Positions 24,919 through 35,551 of a stretch of 64,000 bases of DNA are shown here, piece by piece; the first letter of the stretch is position 1, and each line of letters starts with the position of its first letter. Position numbers and translations under genes: made by a program. The stretch is from IMG/VR virus record IMGVR_UViG_3300017963_000235, positions 20,682-84,681 of that record. One strand, written 5' to 3'. The stretch is from a virus. Under the pieces are notes generated by a model. The model did no database searches. It was not told the DNA's origin and saw only the letters and a list, made by a program, of their open reading frames with translations.

Positions 24919-27459
24919 ATGGCTGATCTTCTATGGCAGAATAAGGGAAGCGCTACGGGGAGAGTGCCTAGACCTGATGGATATGCTATCGGATCTGGGG
25001 ATTGGATGATGGCATTGGGGCCAGATCCTAGTGCTGCACTTCCTGTTGTTGGGGTCGAGTTTGTAATAGATTCTGTAACGTATGAGGAGAAGTTTGGGTG
25101 GGTATCAGGGGACTTCTATACGGTATCTCAGAGTGTAGATTTTACATCTCTCAATGAGATAACATATCAGGCCATTGGGGGATCTAAAAGCGCTCCTCTA
25201 CCTCTTAATTTGGTGTGGCGTTTGAGGGTCTTTATTGACGGGGTGTTATTCTATAACCGGGACTTTACAGATTCTAGGGAAGTTACTGTAAAGGATAGCG
25301 TTATTCCTGTTAGAATGCTATCCGGAACTAAGGATCTTTCATTCGGACTAACCCTTATTGACATTACTGAAACATCCGATTTCCCTTTGCCTGTTTCGTT
25401 CGCCTATCAATTAGACGATAACGATGCGTCGACTGTAGTTAAAGATAGTAATGAGAATTATAGAGATGGTGTGGCCTCAGTTAACACATCTGCAATAAGC
25501 GCAAACGGTAAATTTGGGTTAGCATTTCTAGTTGACGGTTCTCAATCTATATTCTTCGATGATTTAATCGGAGAGTTAATTTCTCCGTTGAATGATTGGT
25601 ACTTATCCTTATGGTTTAAACCAAACGCTGTAAGCGACGAGATTATAGCGTCATCGGTCAATGACGATGGTAAAGGTTTTTTTATTGAGAAAAAATCCGA
25701 TGGAACTATTGAGACAGGATTTAGAATCGGATCTGTATTGTCCCAGAATCTAAAAGCGTATTTTTCTCTCGAAGACAATACAGCAACTACGGATGTCGTA
25801 GACGCTACCGGTAATTTTACAGCTACAGCAAATAAAAATACAAACCTACTCCATGATGCGTCAGGTAAAGTAGGATCATGCTTTAATTTCTCGGGGAGCT
25901 CCACTGATAATTTTAGCTGTCAATTCGAAACAACGCCGGGAGACACTTTAGCCCACGATAAAGAGTGGTGTTTTGGTTTCTGGTTTTATAACCCTGGAAC
26001 ATCGGGGATTAAAGGACTTATTGGCAATGTTCCGGCAGCTGCATATCCAGGTTTTTACGCATATCTTAACGGGGCATCTCAATTAATATTTAGGGTAAGA
26101 CAAAGTGTCACACAATATAGGACAGTTATAGCGTCTGGGATCTCCCCCGGCTGGCATCACGCCTTACTAGGTCAAGACACCACTAATTCGGGTGGAGGTA
26201 CATTTGTTTTCATAGACACTATAAAGACCACAGGAACACAAACCGGAAGCATTATGACATCTATAGCAACGACTAATCCTGTGATATTCGGAGATACAGC
26301 ACCCCATAGCGGGTTCACATCTCGTATGGATGAAGTTTCTTTTTATGACACAACCCCAACTCTTTCTATGGCTACGGCGTTATTCAATGGTGGTGACGGT
26401 CTTTCCTATGCCGAAGTGATGGCGGCACGAGCGCTGTGGAAAACGACAAATATCTATACCGCAGGGGTATGGAACCATCTATTATGCACCTTAGATAGTG
26501 GCTCTGGGGTTGCGGGTATTAAGGCTTTCCTTAATGGGGTGGAGAACGGGAGTTACACTAATGATGATGTTAGCGTGGATTACACTTATAGAGGTGATTT
26601 CAGTTTACTTAAGGATTTAAGTGGATTTCTTACCGATGGTTATTCTGGGGTTGTAGATCAGTTACTAATAGGGGACGATGTTGCAGATGTTACGGATGCA
26701 TCTGACATCTATAACAACAGCCCAGAATATAAACGCCTAGATATCTTCCCCGCATCTATGGATGCTCTAACCAGAGGATGCATAGCTTCGTATCCGTGTA
26801 ATGATAACGCAATAAATGCAGATGTTACAGATACTCTTAATGGGCTTACAGGTACAGCAACCCAAAACACAGATCAATTAGCAGATGCCGGTCTGATCGG
26901 CGGTAGTTTTAGGTTCGAGAGCTCCAGTACTGATAATGTTAATACCCCTTTGGAATCGGTATCTGGAGAGTTCTTCCAAATAGGTAGGAGATTTTCGACT
27001 GTCTTAGCTATAACCCCATCTGCGCCTGGGGGCTTTCAACAAGGTTTCTGGGGCAACTCTACATCCACATCTGTGAAAGGTCTGAGATACGCTGTAGGAG
27101 CGGGGAAACTCCGTTTGAACATTAATCAAGACGGCTCTAATTATATATCATTGGAGACTGCTTTAACATGTTTCCCAACGGCAGATGACACGTATATCGT
27201 ATCCGTGGAGTATAAAGGGGGTGATCCCACCTCCGATTGGGTAGTTACAGTGAATGGGGCGAATCACACTTTAGGGATCATAAGTCAAGCTGGAACGGTT
27301 TCTGACATTGCCATGAGTTCTATTTTATTCGGGTCTATCAGTGGGGATCCTACGCGATATGGTGGGAATATTGAACTGTGTCACAATTACAGAAGGCTCC
27401 TTAGTACTGGGGATAAGATGCAATTATATAATGACTTGAAAGGTCTGCTACTACAATGA
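24919..27459 (+). CDS. Tail protein with multiple LamG/ConA-like domains
   Basis: Three repeats of ..Y.L.DN.A...V.D...G.FG..F.F; SLWFKP, WHH, WNHL and MDEV.FY motifs. Confidence 0.75.
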   Translation: MADLLWQNKGSATGRVPRPDGYAIGSGDWMMALGPDPSAALPVVGVEFVIDSVTYEEKFGWVSGDFYTVSQSVDFTSLNEITYQAIGGSKSAPLPLNLVWRLRVFIDGVLFYNRDFTDSREVTVKDSVIPVRMLSGTKDLSFGLTLIDITETSDFPLPVSFAYQLDDNDASTVVKDSNENYRDGVASVNTSAISANGKFGLAFLVDGSQSIFFDDLIGELISPLNDWYLSLWFKPNAVSDEIIASSVNDDGKGFFIEKKSDGTIETGFRIGSVLSQNLKAYFSLEDNTATTDVVDATGNFTATANKNTNLLHDASGKVGSCFNFSGSSTDNFSCQFETTPGDTLAHDKEWCFGFWFYNPGTSGIKGLIGNVPAAAYPGFYAYLNGASQLIFRVRQSVTQYRTVIASGISPGWHHALLGQDTTNSGGGTFVFIDTIKTTGTQTGSIMTSIATTNPVIFGDTAPHSGFTSRMDEVSFYDTTPTLSMATALFNGGDGLSYAEVMAARALWKTTNIYTAGVWNHLLCTLDSGSGVAGIKAFLNGVENGSYTNDDVSVDYTYRGDFSLLKDLSGFLTDGYSGVVDQLLIGDDVADVTDASDIYNNSPEYKRLDIFPASMDALTRGCIASYPCNDNAINADVTDTLNGLTGTATQNTDQLADAGLIGGSFRFESSSTDNVNTPLESVSGEFFQIGRRFSTVLAITPSAPGGFQQGFWGNSTSTSVKGLRYAVGAGKLRLNINQDGSNYISLETALTCFPTADDTYIVSVEYKGGDPTSDWVVTVNGANHTLGIISQAGTVSDIAMSSILFGSISGDPTRYGGNIELCHNYRRLLSTGDKMQLYNDLKGLLLQ

Positions 27460-29357
27460 CAGAGTATTTAGCTCCTTATGTCAATTTGGATTCAGTAGGG
27501 GATCAGACATCTTCAATTCCTGTGATATGTAATAGAATTCCTGAACCAAATGAAACGGGTGTAAGTTCCTCCAACTCTATCCAATTTGATTTATGGAACC
27601 CTACAGGTATAGGGTTTAAATTAGATACCCTTCAAGTCACGGCTAATACACTTCCGGCAATTGTTGACGGAGTTATTCAAGCCCCGTTTTCGGGGTCTAT
27701 AAGCGGGACGTATCAGGATTCATGGGTTCGAGTTATTTTGTCAGGAGTATCGTGGGAGTCTTTATCCAATGTCAATATAGACATAGAAATAGATACTTGG
27801 GATGGCTTTTCTATTAGCGATTCATATCTGTATGTAATAGCGGATGAAACTGCTCCTGAGGTTTATTCGGCAACCGCTACACATAGATCCACAATTAGAA
27901 TTGTCTATGCTCAGAGTGTTATTGATCCAGATGCTACTTCCGTGATAGCAACCTTCCCCTGGGGGGGCGAGTCTCTCGCCTATGATTCCTCGTTAAGTTC
28001 CTGGGTGCTCAGCCCCTTAGCGTACCCTTACTTAAGGTCTACTATTACAGAGCCGTATACGTTAGCAGAGGGGACTATTCTGGGGTTAATCATTAATGGT
28101 GCGGAGCACTTGATAGCAATACCCGCACTATCAGGAACCACTGCGGTTGCTGTGGCCTCTGATTTGAACTCTGTATTAGCCTCCATCGGCGCCTCTGCTA
28201 TTGCCTATAATAACCGTTTGTATATACGCAACGCGGATCCTACAGGCACTATTGAGGTGATTAATAGAGGAGCCCAAGCGATACTCAAACTTGAGTCAGG
28301 GATCCAATACGCCCGATTACCTTTTGGAACCCCTGAGGGAACGTATTCAATCTCAACTAAAGCTACGTTCGCGTCTGGCGTTGTGGAGTTCCAGACAGTT
28401 TCTCTTGAGCTACTCAATTCTATAGAGACTCTTAGATTGATAGATTTTGGTTTAGTGATGGGAGATTCTGCGCTAGTTGCGGGTAATTACGTGATCACAA
28501 TAGATCCGTTTATTGTGGCGTATGAGATAAGACCTACATGGATACCTACTGTAGAGTCTGTGACTAAAATATCTGATAACACATATGATTTAGTTTTAGA
28601 CACAGATATGACACCGCAGGGGCCGTATATTCTCACTGTATTTAATGTCTACGATGCGTCTGGTAATTTGGTCAGTTCTGATCACGATTCGGTAACATAT
28701 AGAGGATTCTCTCCCCAAACCCCCACTAGAAGACAGTTTGATTTATTCAGAATGCAACCCCTATATAATAGGCAGGAGGATCAATCGTATGGGTCCACTT
28801 TGCTTAAATTTATGCGGGTTCTTCAGGAGGTTGAGGATCAATTACTTGCGGATATGGATGAGTATACTGGAATCTTCAATTTAGATAATGCACCGGATTG
28901 GTTTATAGAGGCCTTCTTAAGTAGTCATGGATCCCCGTTTGATTTTATGCCTATTGATGTAACCAAGAAACGGCAGTTATCCGCTATCCTGGTTGATCTC
29001 TTGCGAATACGTGCAACTAATCCTGGGATAGAAGCGGCACTTAAATTTTTCTTTGGATTCACAACTGTATCTATAACGTCTGCGTGGGGTTTGGGCTGGT
29101 TGCTCGGTGATTCAATCCGATCTATTTTAGGCACATCGACTGTGCTTAACTCCTCCGATAGACGAGATAAATTTACTATTATAGTAGAGGTAGATCGGGA
29201 CCTCACAGAAGACGAGTTATGGCAGGTTAAACGGGTTATCGAAGTTATGAAGCCCGATCACATACACTATGATTTAAGGCAACCGGAAGCGCCTTTTGTT
29301 CCCAATCATTGGCAACTAGGGTATAGTGTTCTTGGGACAAATACTATCGTTCACTAG
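27456..29357 (+). CDS. Baseplate wedge protein (P2 gpI-like C-terminus) with Ig-like N-terminal domains
   Basis: APDWFIEAFL, RATNPGIEAALKFFFG and MKP.H motifs. Confidence 0.7.
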   Translation: MTEYLAPYVNLDSVGDQTSSIPVICNRIPEPNETGVSSSNSIQFDLWNPTGIGFKLDTLQVTANTLPAIVDGVIQAPFSGSISGTYQDSWVRVILSGVSWESLSNVNIDIEIDTWDGFSISDSYLYVIADETAPEVYSATATHRSTIRIVYAQSVIDPDATSVIATFPWGGESLAYDSSLSSWVLSPLAYPYLRSTITEPYTLAEGTILGLIINGAEHLIAIPALSGTTAVAVASDLNSVLASIGASAIAYNNRLYIRNADPTGTIEVINRGAQAILKLESGIQYARLPFGTPEGTYSISTKATFASGVVEFQTVSLELLNSIETLRLIDFGLVMGDSALVAGNYVITIDPFIVAYEIRPTWIPTVESVTKISDNTYDLVLDTDMTPQGPYILTVFNVYDASGNLVSSDHDSVTYRGFSPQTPTRRQFDLFRMQPLYNRQEDQSYGSTLLKFMRVLQEVEDQLLADMDEYTGIFNLDNAPDWFIEAFLSSHGSPFDFMPIDVTKKRQLSAILVDLLRIRATNPGIEAALKFFFGFTTVSITSAWGLGWLLGDSIRSILGTSTVLNSSDRRDKFTIIVEVDRDLTEDELWQVKRVIEVMKPDHIHYDLRQPEAPFVPNHWQLGYSVLGTNTIVH

Positions 29358-29366
29358 GAGAATAGT

Positions 29367-31274
29367 ATGAATAGAGTTAATTATTTTGATGGTATGTTGG
29401 TTGCCGAGGGCGATCTTAATACTCCCTTTACATATGCTGAGAATGCAGAAAGAAACTTATCTCTTGAATTAGGGGAAGTTGGCGTTCTGACCGGGTTGAA
29501 TGTTAGCCCAACAAGTCCTGTATCCTCTTCGGTAGATGTGAGTACTGGATCCGGTAGAATCAAAGACGATGGAGCCCGGGTTAGAGTGGACTCTGTACAG
29601 ACGGTACCTTGCAATCAGACTACTAGCGGGGACCCCACATATTCTGATTTAGTTGCTGGAGAAGGACGATGGGTGTCCTTTTACATTAAGTTTAAAAGAG
29701 AGTATTCGGATCAAAGAACCCCTGAGGGTGGGGGTGTTCCCGTTTATTTTAAGGAAACAGAATCCTACGAGTTTCAGATTAATAATGGAACAAAAGGACT
29801 TATTGCAGATAAAGACACGCTTGCTAAAGCAGGTACCTTAACTACTGCGTTATTGTTAGCAGATATTTGGTTTGAGTCTGGGAGTGGTAATATTGACCTT
29901 GCCGATTTGGATGTGACACGTAGAGAAGACTATATGAGGGAAACCATCAGCGGAACTCAGCAAGTTTTTGGTAATCCAAATGATACATTGGTATATTTAA
30001 TGGGACGCATAGAGGCTATCTTTTCCTCTGTTACGGGAAGTAGTGGGGCATCTCTTATTGGGTTGGGGGGTACTGATACTGAGGCGACTTTCCTGTGGCA
30101 GATTGGAAAACACCTATCCGCTACTTCGAACAATGTAGAGGCGGCTATCTCGAAAATAGTGTTAGACCTAGGAAATAGCAGAGCTCAAACTGTAGACGGG
30201 GCTGATTTAATTTCTGCGGTAGCAAGTGCCCCTAACTGGTTCACGGATCCTTTATCGGATCCGGGGGGAGGCGGAAGTTACGATGGTACAGTGGGATCCT
30301 TTCTTAATAATATCATAGCGGATCTCGCATCCGCAAAAGGGTCAGAATGTATTGGCTCACAAGCTGTAGCGGGATCTCCGTACTCTTTAACTTCTGAAGC
30401 TGTGTATACTCAAATATCAAGTATCCTTAGTGACTTAAATACCCATGTAAATACGGGAGGACATCCCGCAACTGCTATTTCTCATGATCCAACAACTAGT
30501 ACGTGGGCCGATGCTTCTACATTAGGGGCCGCTAACGGTGGGGTTAGATGGAATGATCTATTGGACGCACTAGCGGCTACAGGGACGGGAACTTCGAGCC
30601 CTGCCGGAATAAAGAAAATAGGCACTACTCTTGTGAATGGTACTTATGATGGTGATACAATATCCATCGGGGGTTCACAAAATCTATATGCCTTCCTTAC
30701 GGAATTAGTGGAAGCCGTAGCGAGAAGAATTGATGTAACAGGTGACTCTAGAATTACAGGTAATCTAATACCAAAAGCCGGATTTAATCCGGATTTGGGA
30801 TCTGTCTCTAATAGGTTTGATGCCGCGTACCTTAAGGGGCGGTTATATTTCAACTCAGCCGAGAATATTGAAAATAGACAAATATCGGCGTTACTAGGCT
30901 CCTGTGATCCAGGAGCTAATCTAGCCTTCAATAACGCAGGATATGTTACCAGTGGTGCGGTATCTCAGAGCCTATTTTTTCCTCTAGATTACCTAAAGGA
31001 TTCGGATGCGTTATCCTCTGTGGAGGTGGAATGGAATCCTAATAGCTCATCATCAATGGATTTGTACATTTATAAAATGGCGGATGGAGGATCACGAACG
31101 CAGGTTGCTAGACTGACATCTTCTATAACAGCTAGAGGATCGGAATCTGTAGTCTTAGGTCCTGAAAGCATGGCTTCAAATACTTCATATTGGATTGAGG
31201 TTGTGTTTAATGACGCGAATGATGTTCTTTATAAAGTTCGACCAAAACGGATCACCAGACAATTACCTGGTTAA
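29367..31274 (+). CDS. Tail fibre protein
   Basis: MNRVNYFDG.LV...DL N-terminus, GVLTGL.V, repeated GA..IG motifs, DLGS.SNRF knob motif. Confidence 0.7.
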   Translation: MNRVNYFDGMLVAEGDLNTPFTYAENAERNLSLELGEVGVLTGLNVSPTSPVSSSVDVSTGSGRIKDDGARVRVDSVQTVPCNQTTSGDPTYSDLVAGEGRWVSFYIKFKREYSDQRTPEGGGVPVYFKETESYEFQINNGTKGLIADKDTLAKAGTLTTALLLADIWFESGSGNIDLADLDVTRREDYMRETISGTQQVFGNPNDTLVYLMGRIEAIFSSVTGSSGASLIGLGGTDTEATFLWQIGKHLSATSNNVEAAISKIVLDLGNSRAQTVDGADLISAVASAPNWFTDPLSDPGGGGSYDGTVGSFLNNIIADLASAKGSECIGSQAVAGSPYSLTSEAVYTQISSILSDLNTHVNTGGHPATAISHDPTTSTWADASTLGAANGGVRWNDLLDALAATGTGTSSPAGIKKIGTTLVNGTYDGDTISIGGSQNLYAFLTELVEAVARRIDVTGDSRITGNLIPKAGFNPDLGSVSNRFDAAYLKGRLYFNSAENIENRQISALLGSCDPGANLAFNNAGYVTSGAVSQSLFFPLDYLKDSDALSSVEVEWNPNSSSSMDLYIYKMADGGSRTQVARLTSSITARGSESVVLGPESMASNTSYWIEVVFNDANDVLYKVRPKRITRQLPG

Positions 31275-31329
31275 TTTTGTATGGTTTCTTGACGTAATTT
31301 GTGCAACATTAAAGTGAGGAGGGCTAAAG

Positions 31330-31956
31330 ATGCCAATACCTTACTTGACAGAATATCCATCATTAATAGACGAGAACAATGGTAGGGCCGGATTTTTAAG
31401 AGGCCATAGTAAAGGGGACGGAGGGGCGCAATCTCCTGCTACAGGTATGAGTGAATGGGAGTATTACGGACCTGTTTTACCTGAGGTAGCTAAGCATCTA
31501 CAGAAAAAGGGAGTGGTGGTAGACATCTATCAACGTGATGGGAGATATGAGTGGGGGGCGATGCGGGATATAGTCAATCATAGAAGTGCTACTATAGCCC
31601 CTTATGACCTGGTAACTATGGGACATCTTAACGCCTTTAATACGCGGGCTAGGGGTACTGAGGTTCTGTACTGGCATGATTCCCCTAATGGTAAGATAGC
31701 GGCTGAGTGTATGCTAGAGTATGTTCAACCGCTTTTTGGGGGTCCTAATCGGGGGATTAAAGCATTACATCCCAATGAGAGAGCCTGGAAAATGCTCTAC
31801 ACTATTAGGGATGTCGCTCTTATAGTAGAGGCTGGTTTCATAGATAACTCTGAAGATGAGAAGGCCTTAATACAATATAGAGATTTATTTGATGAAGCGA
31901 TAGTGAACGGAACGATAGCATACCTTGAGTACAAGGGAATAGAAATGGAGGACTAG
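31330..31956 (+). CDS. Endolysin, N-acetylmuramoyl-L-alanine amidase (Amidase_3)
   Basis: GH..GD.GA, E, H.NA, GTEVLY and VEAGFIDN zinc/catalytic motifs are intact. Confidence 0.88.
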   Translation: MPIPYLTEYPSLIDENNGRAGFLRGHSKGDGGAQSPATGMSEWEYYGPVLPEVAKHLQKKGVVVDIYQRDGRYEWGAMRDIVNHRSATIAPYDLVTMGHLNAFNTRARGTEVLYWHDSPNGKIAAECMLEYVQPLFGGPNRGIKALHPNERAWKMLYTIRDVALIVEAGFIDNSEDEKALIQYRDLFDEAIVNGTIAYLEYKGIEMED

Positions 31957-31958
31957 TA

Positions 31959-32156
31959 ATGGGTTTAATTGATATTATTCTTTATGCAGTAGTGATTATT
32001 ATTGGTTTTGTTTCTGGGAGATTTACAGGAGGAACTAAAGAGTTACTGCTGATTATATCTCGGATTCTTAACGGGGTAATAAAGGATCGAGAAGAGTTAA
32101 AAAGGGAGCATCCTAAGGTAGAGAAAAAACTAACCAAGAAAAAGTTATTGGACTAA
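31959..32156 (+). CDS. Putative holin
   Basis: 65 aa, N-terminal TM helix, charged C-terminus, adjacent to the endolysin. Confidence 0.55.
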   Translation: MGLIDIILYAVVIIIGFVSGRFTGGTKELLLIISRILNGVIKDREELKREHPKVEKKLTKKKLLD

Positions 32157-32172
32157 AGGGAGTCAGGTACAG

Positions 32173-33141
32173 ATGAGAGTTACAGTAGATTATCCAAGAG
32201 ATTTAAAAGCGCGTTTGGGATCCGGTGCGATTTCGTCAGATCATCTAGGGGGTATAACTGACGAGAAGATAACGATTCGACTAGAAGATATCAGTACTAG
32301 ATTGATGTTCTATGTAGCACCGTTCTGTCTTAGCACAGAGATGATCCCCTCACTTCCGGAAGGGATTGGAGTATACACACCTACAGATGATCCATCTCCA
32401 CTTATGGAAGCATACTTGTCGTGGATTGCGTATCTGGGTGAGAAGACTAAAGAATTAATGTCAGATCACTCATTCACCATTGATCAGATAAATAGGTTAT
32501 ATCCTGTGGGTTACTTGGGGGATTGTGAATGTGTTTTAACGCTACAACAATTTGGTAATTTGGTTGCATCTAGCTGGGGTGTAGGTGAGAAAAAGGAATT
32601 GGGAGATAAATTAAAAGAAACTTGGTGCCCGTCAATCTCTGAAACATTCCCGCTAAAGCCCTGTATGAATGCGCGATCTAGTGTTCGATTGCCGTCACCT
32701 CTAGAACGAGAGTACAAACAGCCCTTTAAATTGAAGCGATTGGAGGGGATCCCAAGGAAACTTAAGAAGCAGGTAGAGGGACATCCTGTTATGGCGTCTC
32801 TTAGTCGGGGGGTTGTTACAGGGGTCTTAACGTATGGCGGATTGGTCGCGTTATCTATGATGAGGTTAGGAGAAGTGGCGTGCAGCAATTCTATTTGGGT
32901 CGAGGACTGGTTGCCTAAGTTAGATGCGGAAGAATACCATGAGGCTAGATTAGCGTTTATCAGAGCAATGAAAGAGAGTGAGGATCCCATAGCTAACGAA
33001 TTGCTGGAGTACGGCTCTCACCTGGGGGGTTTGAGATCTTTTATTTGGGTGTTGGATACCAAAGAGAAAGACCAATTCCTTAACGAGAGAATGTGTGAGG
33101 ATCTGGGATTATTACGCGACTTTTTAAAGTTGAATTGGTGA
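32173..33141 (+). CDS. Hypothetical protein, possibly degenerate tandem ThyX-like fold
   Basis: EKITIRLEDISTR and RLYPVG...VLTLQQF resemble ThyX segments; no RHRxxS motif. Confidence 0.35.
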   Translation: MRVTVDYPRDLKARLGSGAISSDHLGGITDEKITIRLEDISTRLMFYVAPFCLSTEMIPSLPEGIGVYTPTDDPSPLMEAYLSWIAYLGEKTKELMSDHSFTIDQINRLYPVGYLGDCECVLTLQQFGNLVASSWGVGEKKELGDKLKETWCPSISETFPLKPCMNARSSVRLPSPLEREYKQPFKLKRLEGIPRKLKKQVEGHPVMASLSRGVVTGVLTYGGLVALSMMRLGEVACSNSIWVEDWLPKLDAEEYHEARLAFIRAMKESEDPIANELLEYGSHLGGLRSFIWVLDTKEKDQFLNERMCEDLGLLRDFLKLNW

Positions 33142-33145
33142 TCTG

Positions 33146-33682
33146 ATGAGTGGCGTTCTTCTTCAATCAAGAGCTCCCTATCCAAAAGAGAACACACAAG
33201 AGAACTGGTTACAATGGGCCGTAGATGCTAGTGATGTTATCTTAGAGCGGTTTAGGGAACTTCAGAAATCCAACCTACTATCGGATGCGTTATATGCGGG
33301 TTGTATGACGGTGCTCTATAGAATCCCGGTAAACGCATTTCCTTTTGGGATCCCTAAGGAGGAGATAGTATTGCAAGATGTGGTTATGGCTTCCGGTTAT
33401 TATCTGACAGCTCCCGTATTGCGAGAGTTGGTGAATATGAGTCCTCAGTTCTCTAGGCCTGATTTAGATTTGGCTAATCGGATTTATAGGGAGTCTAGTA
33501 AGCGGGGTATCAAACCCTCTACCCTTGTTCGGTCTATGGGATTAAGTTATCAGAGGGTGATGCCGTGGTTGATTATTGGTAATTTTTTACCTCCAGATGT
33601 CCGGAACGTGATACAGGAGGCGTTAAATGTGAGAGGTCTAAAATGGATGCACACAAAGAAATGGGTACAGACACAGTTTTAA
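33146..33682 (+). CDS. Protein with C-terminal XRE/Cro-like HTH
   Basis: LANRI...RGI....LVRSMGLS...V..W...N..P.......I.EALNV. Confidence 0.5.
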   Translation: MSGVLLQSRAPYPKENTQENWLQWAVDASDVILERFRELQKSNLLSDALYAGCMTVLYRIPVNAFPFGIPKEEIVLQDVVMASGYYLTAPVLRELVNMSPQFSRPDLDLANRIYRESSKRGIKPSTLVRSMGLSYQRVMPWLIIGNFLPPDVRNVIQEALNVRGLKWMHTKKWVQTQF

Positions 33683-34818
33683 AAATTGAAGAATGGAAGC
33701 TTAAGGATATTAAGCCTTACTATTTGAATGCTAAAACCCATGAGGTGGGTAGAATAGCGGCTAGTATAGCGGAGTTTAAAGTGGATCAACCTATTGTTGT
33801 GGATGGGGATGGGGTGATCATTAAGGGGCATGGGCGATTGAAGGCGGCTAAGAGGCTTAAGTTAAAAACCTTCCCTGTAGTTGTGAGAGAGGATTTGACT
33901 CCTGAACAGGTTAGATTGGCGCGTTTATCTGATAACCGAAGTGCGGAAGCTCCATGGGATACTAAACTTTTAGAGAAGGAGTTAGAGGATTTGAATCTTC
34001 CTGAAATAGATTTGGATGTATCAGCCCTTGGTATCGATTCTGATTGGTTGGAGGGGTTGGATATTACTCTAGATTTAGGGGGTCTTCATCCACCTAACAT
34101 ACCTCCTGTAGAAGAGAAGAGTCCCGTCCCTGAGATCCCCACTATCCCTAACGCTAAGCGTGGTGACGTGTATCTGTTGGGACACCACAGGGTAATGTGC
34201 GGGGATGCTTCTGATCAAAAAGATATTACAGCGTTATTAAATGGGGCTATTGTGGATATGCTGGTAACAGATCCTCCTACAAAACCTGTTGAGGGAGTTT
34301 CGGATGCTGAGGTTCAACAACTGTGCGTGAGTGCCTTTAAAGGAATCCCCTTGTCCAAGTACAACACGGTATACTGTTTTGCTCACGGTAAACGATTACG
34401 CACAGTTCTCGATGTGTTTGAGAATATGGGGTGGCACTTTTCACAGCATTTAGCATGGGTGCATAACCACCATAGTCCAGGATTAGACTACAGCCCTAGA
34501 ACAGAATTGATCTTTTACGGGTGGAAGGGGAAGCACAAGTATTACGGATCCTTCTCTAAAGATGTCCTAGAGTTTGATCACCCTGGAGCCCCTGAGGATA
34601 AACCCACAGATCTTTTAGGATCGCTTATTGATAACGGGTCTCCTGAAGGTGGGGTGGTCTATGATTCTTTTGGAGGCCTTGGGAGTAGTTTAATAGCGTG
34701 TGAGCAGACGGGACGTAAGGCCCTGGTTATGGAAATATCCCCGGCTTATGTAGATGTGATCGTTAAACGGTGGGAAGATCTCACCGGCAAGACTGCAAGG
34801 TTAGTATCTGAAGACTGA
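33643..34818 (+). CDS. ParB-like domain fused to beta-class DNA methyltransferase (motif IV altered to DPPT)
   Basis: PY..NAK.H, PIVVD...II.GHGRL.AA, RLSDNR (ParB-N); LGHHRVMCGD, TDPPT, KP, VYDSFGGLGS, MEI.P.YVDVI..RWE (MTase). Confidence 0.85.
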   Translation: MDAHKEMGTDTVLKIEEWKLKDIKPYYLNAKTHEVGRIAASIAEFKVDQPIVVDGDGVIIKGHGRLKAAKRLKLKTFPVVVREDLTPEQVRLARLSDNRSAEAPWDTKLLEKELEDLNLPEIDLDVSALGIDSDWLEGLDITLDLGGLHPPNIPPVEEKSPVPEIPTIPNAKRGDVYLLGHHRVMCGDASDQKDITALLNGAIVDMLVTDPPTKPVEGVSDAEVQQLCVSAFKGIPLSKYNTVYCFAHGKRLRTVLDVFENMGWHFSQHLAWVHNHHSPGLDYSPRTELIFYGWKGKHKYYGSFSKDVLEFDHPGAPEDKPTDLLGSLIDNGSPEGGVVYDSFGGLGSSLIACEQTGRKALVMEISPAYVDVIVKRWEDLTGKTARLVSED

Positions 34819-35514
34819 GGAGTAGGGGCCGAAAACCTGCCCCAGTTCATCCCTGTAGAGCACAGAGACAACATTAGAGAGGGGAGGCATGGGAATCCTC
34901 ACATAAGGGGTGAAACGCGCCCAGGCACCCCATACGTTGGATTCTGTGCTGAGTTTATATTCCCATGTTCCGATAGATACATTCAGATGACGTACGGCAA
35001 CTCTTGAGGTGTCATTAGAATCCCGTACAGCAGAGTCAATAACGATCTCTTCTCCGGGGGATCCGTGCAGTGTGAAACCACAATATCCGTTATGGATAAT
35101 ATTAAGGGGATCATCCATTGTTCCCTGATGTACCTCTGTGTCTTCTTTTGAAAGAGACATGAATACCTGATGAGCGGGACCTGTAGAGTATCCTCTGATG
35201 ATGATTTGTCTATCAGTTTTTGGAAGCTGCACAGATACCGACCTGATACACCATGAGGGGATCCCCATTGCCGCATGTTGACCGAAGAATCCCCCATTGA
35301 TTCTCTGGACACAGAGATTGTATTTCAAATGAGTCTCACGATCCCAAGCAGGTCGTATGAGATTTCCCGGCTCTTGGAGATAGATGGAGAGATCTTCACC
35401 TGAGATAACCGCTCTTATATCTCCGTCAATAGTTTCGAGATGAGGGGATTCCTCTACAGGGTTAGATGTACAGGCGCTTAGAAATACGATTAGGATAATG
35501 AGGAAGATATTCAT
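34801..35514 (-). CDS. Lipoprotein
   Basis: GAAGGAG RBS before the ATG at 35514; signal peptide MNIFLIILIVFLSA-C with lipobox. Confidence 0.75.
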   Translation of the reverse strand: MNIFLIILIVFLSACTSNPVEESPHLETIDGDIRAVISGEDLSIYLQEPGNLIRPAWDRETHLKYNLCVQRINGGFFGQHAAMGIPSWCIRSVSVQLPKTDRQIIIRGYSTGPAHQVFMSLSKEDTEVHQGTMDDPLNIIHNGYCGFTLHGSPGEEIVIDSAVRDSNDTSRVAVRHLNVSIGTWEYKLSTESNVWGAWARFTPYVRIPMPPLSNVVSVLYRDELGQVFGPYSSVFRY

Positions 35515-35551
35515 TGGTCTCTCCTTCAGTCTTGGATACGTTGTCTGAATC

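Noticed and set aside
24919-31274. Diversity-generating retroelement or invertase-based fibre switching
   Set aside because: No reverse transcriptase, template/variable repeat pair or recombinase found.
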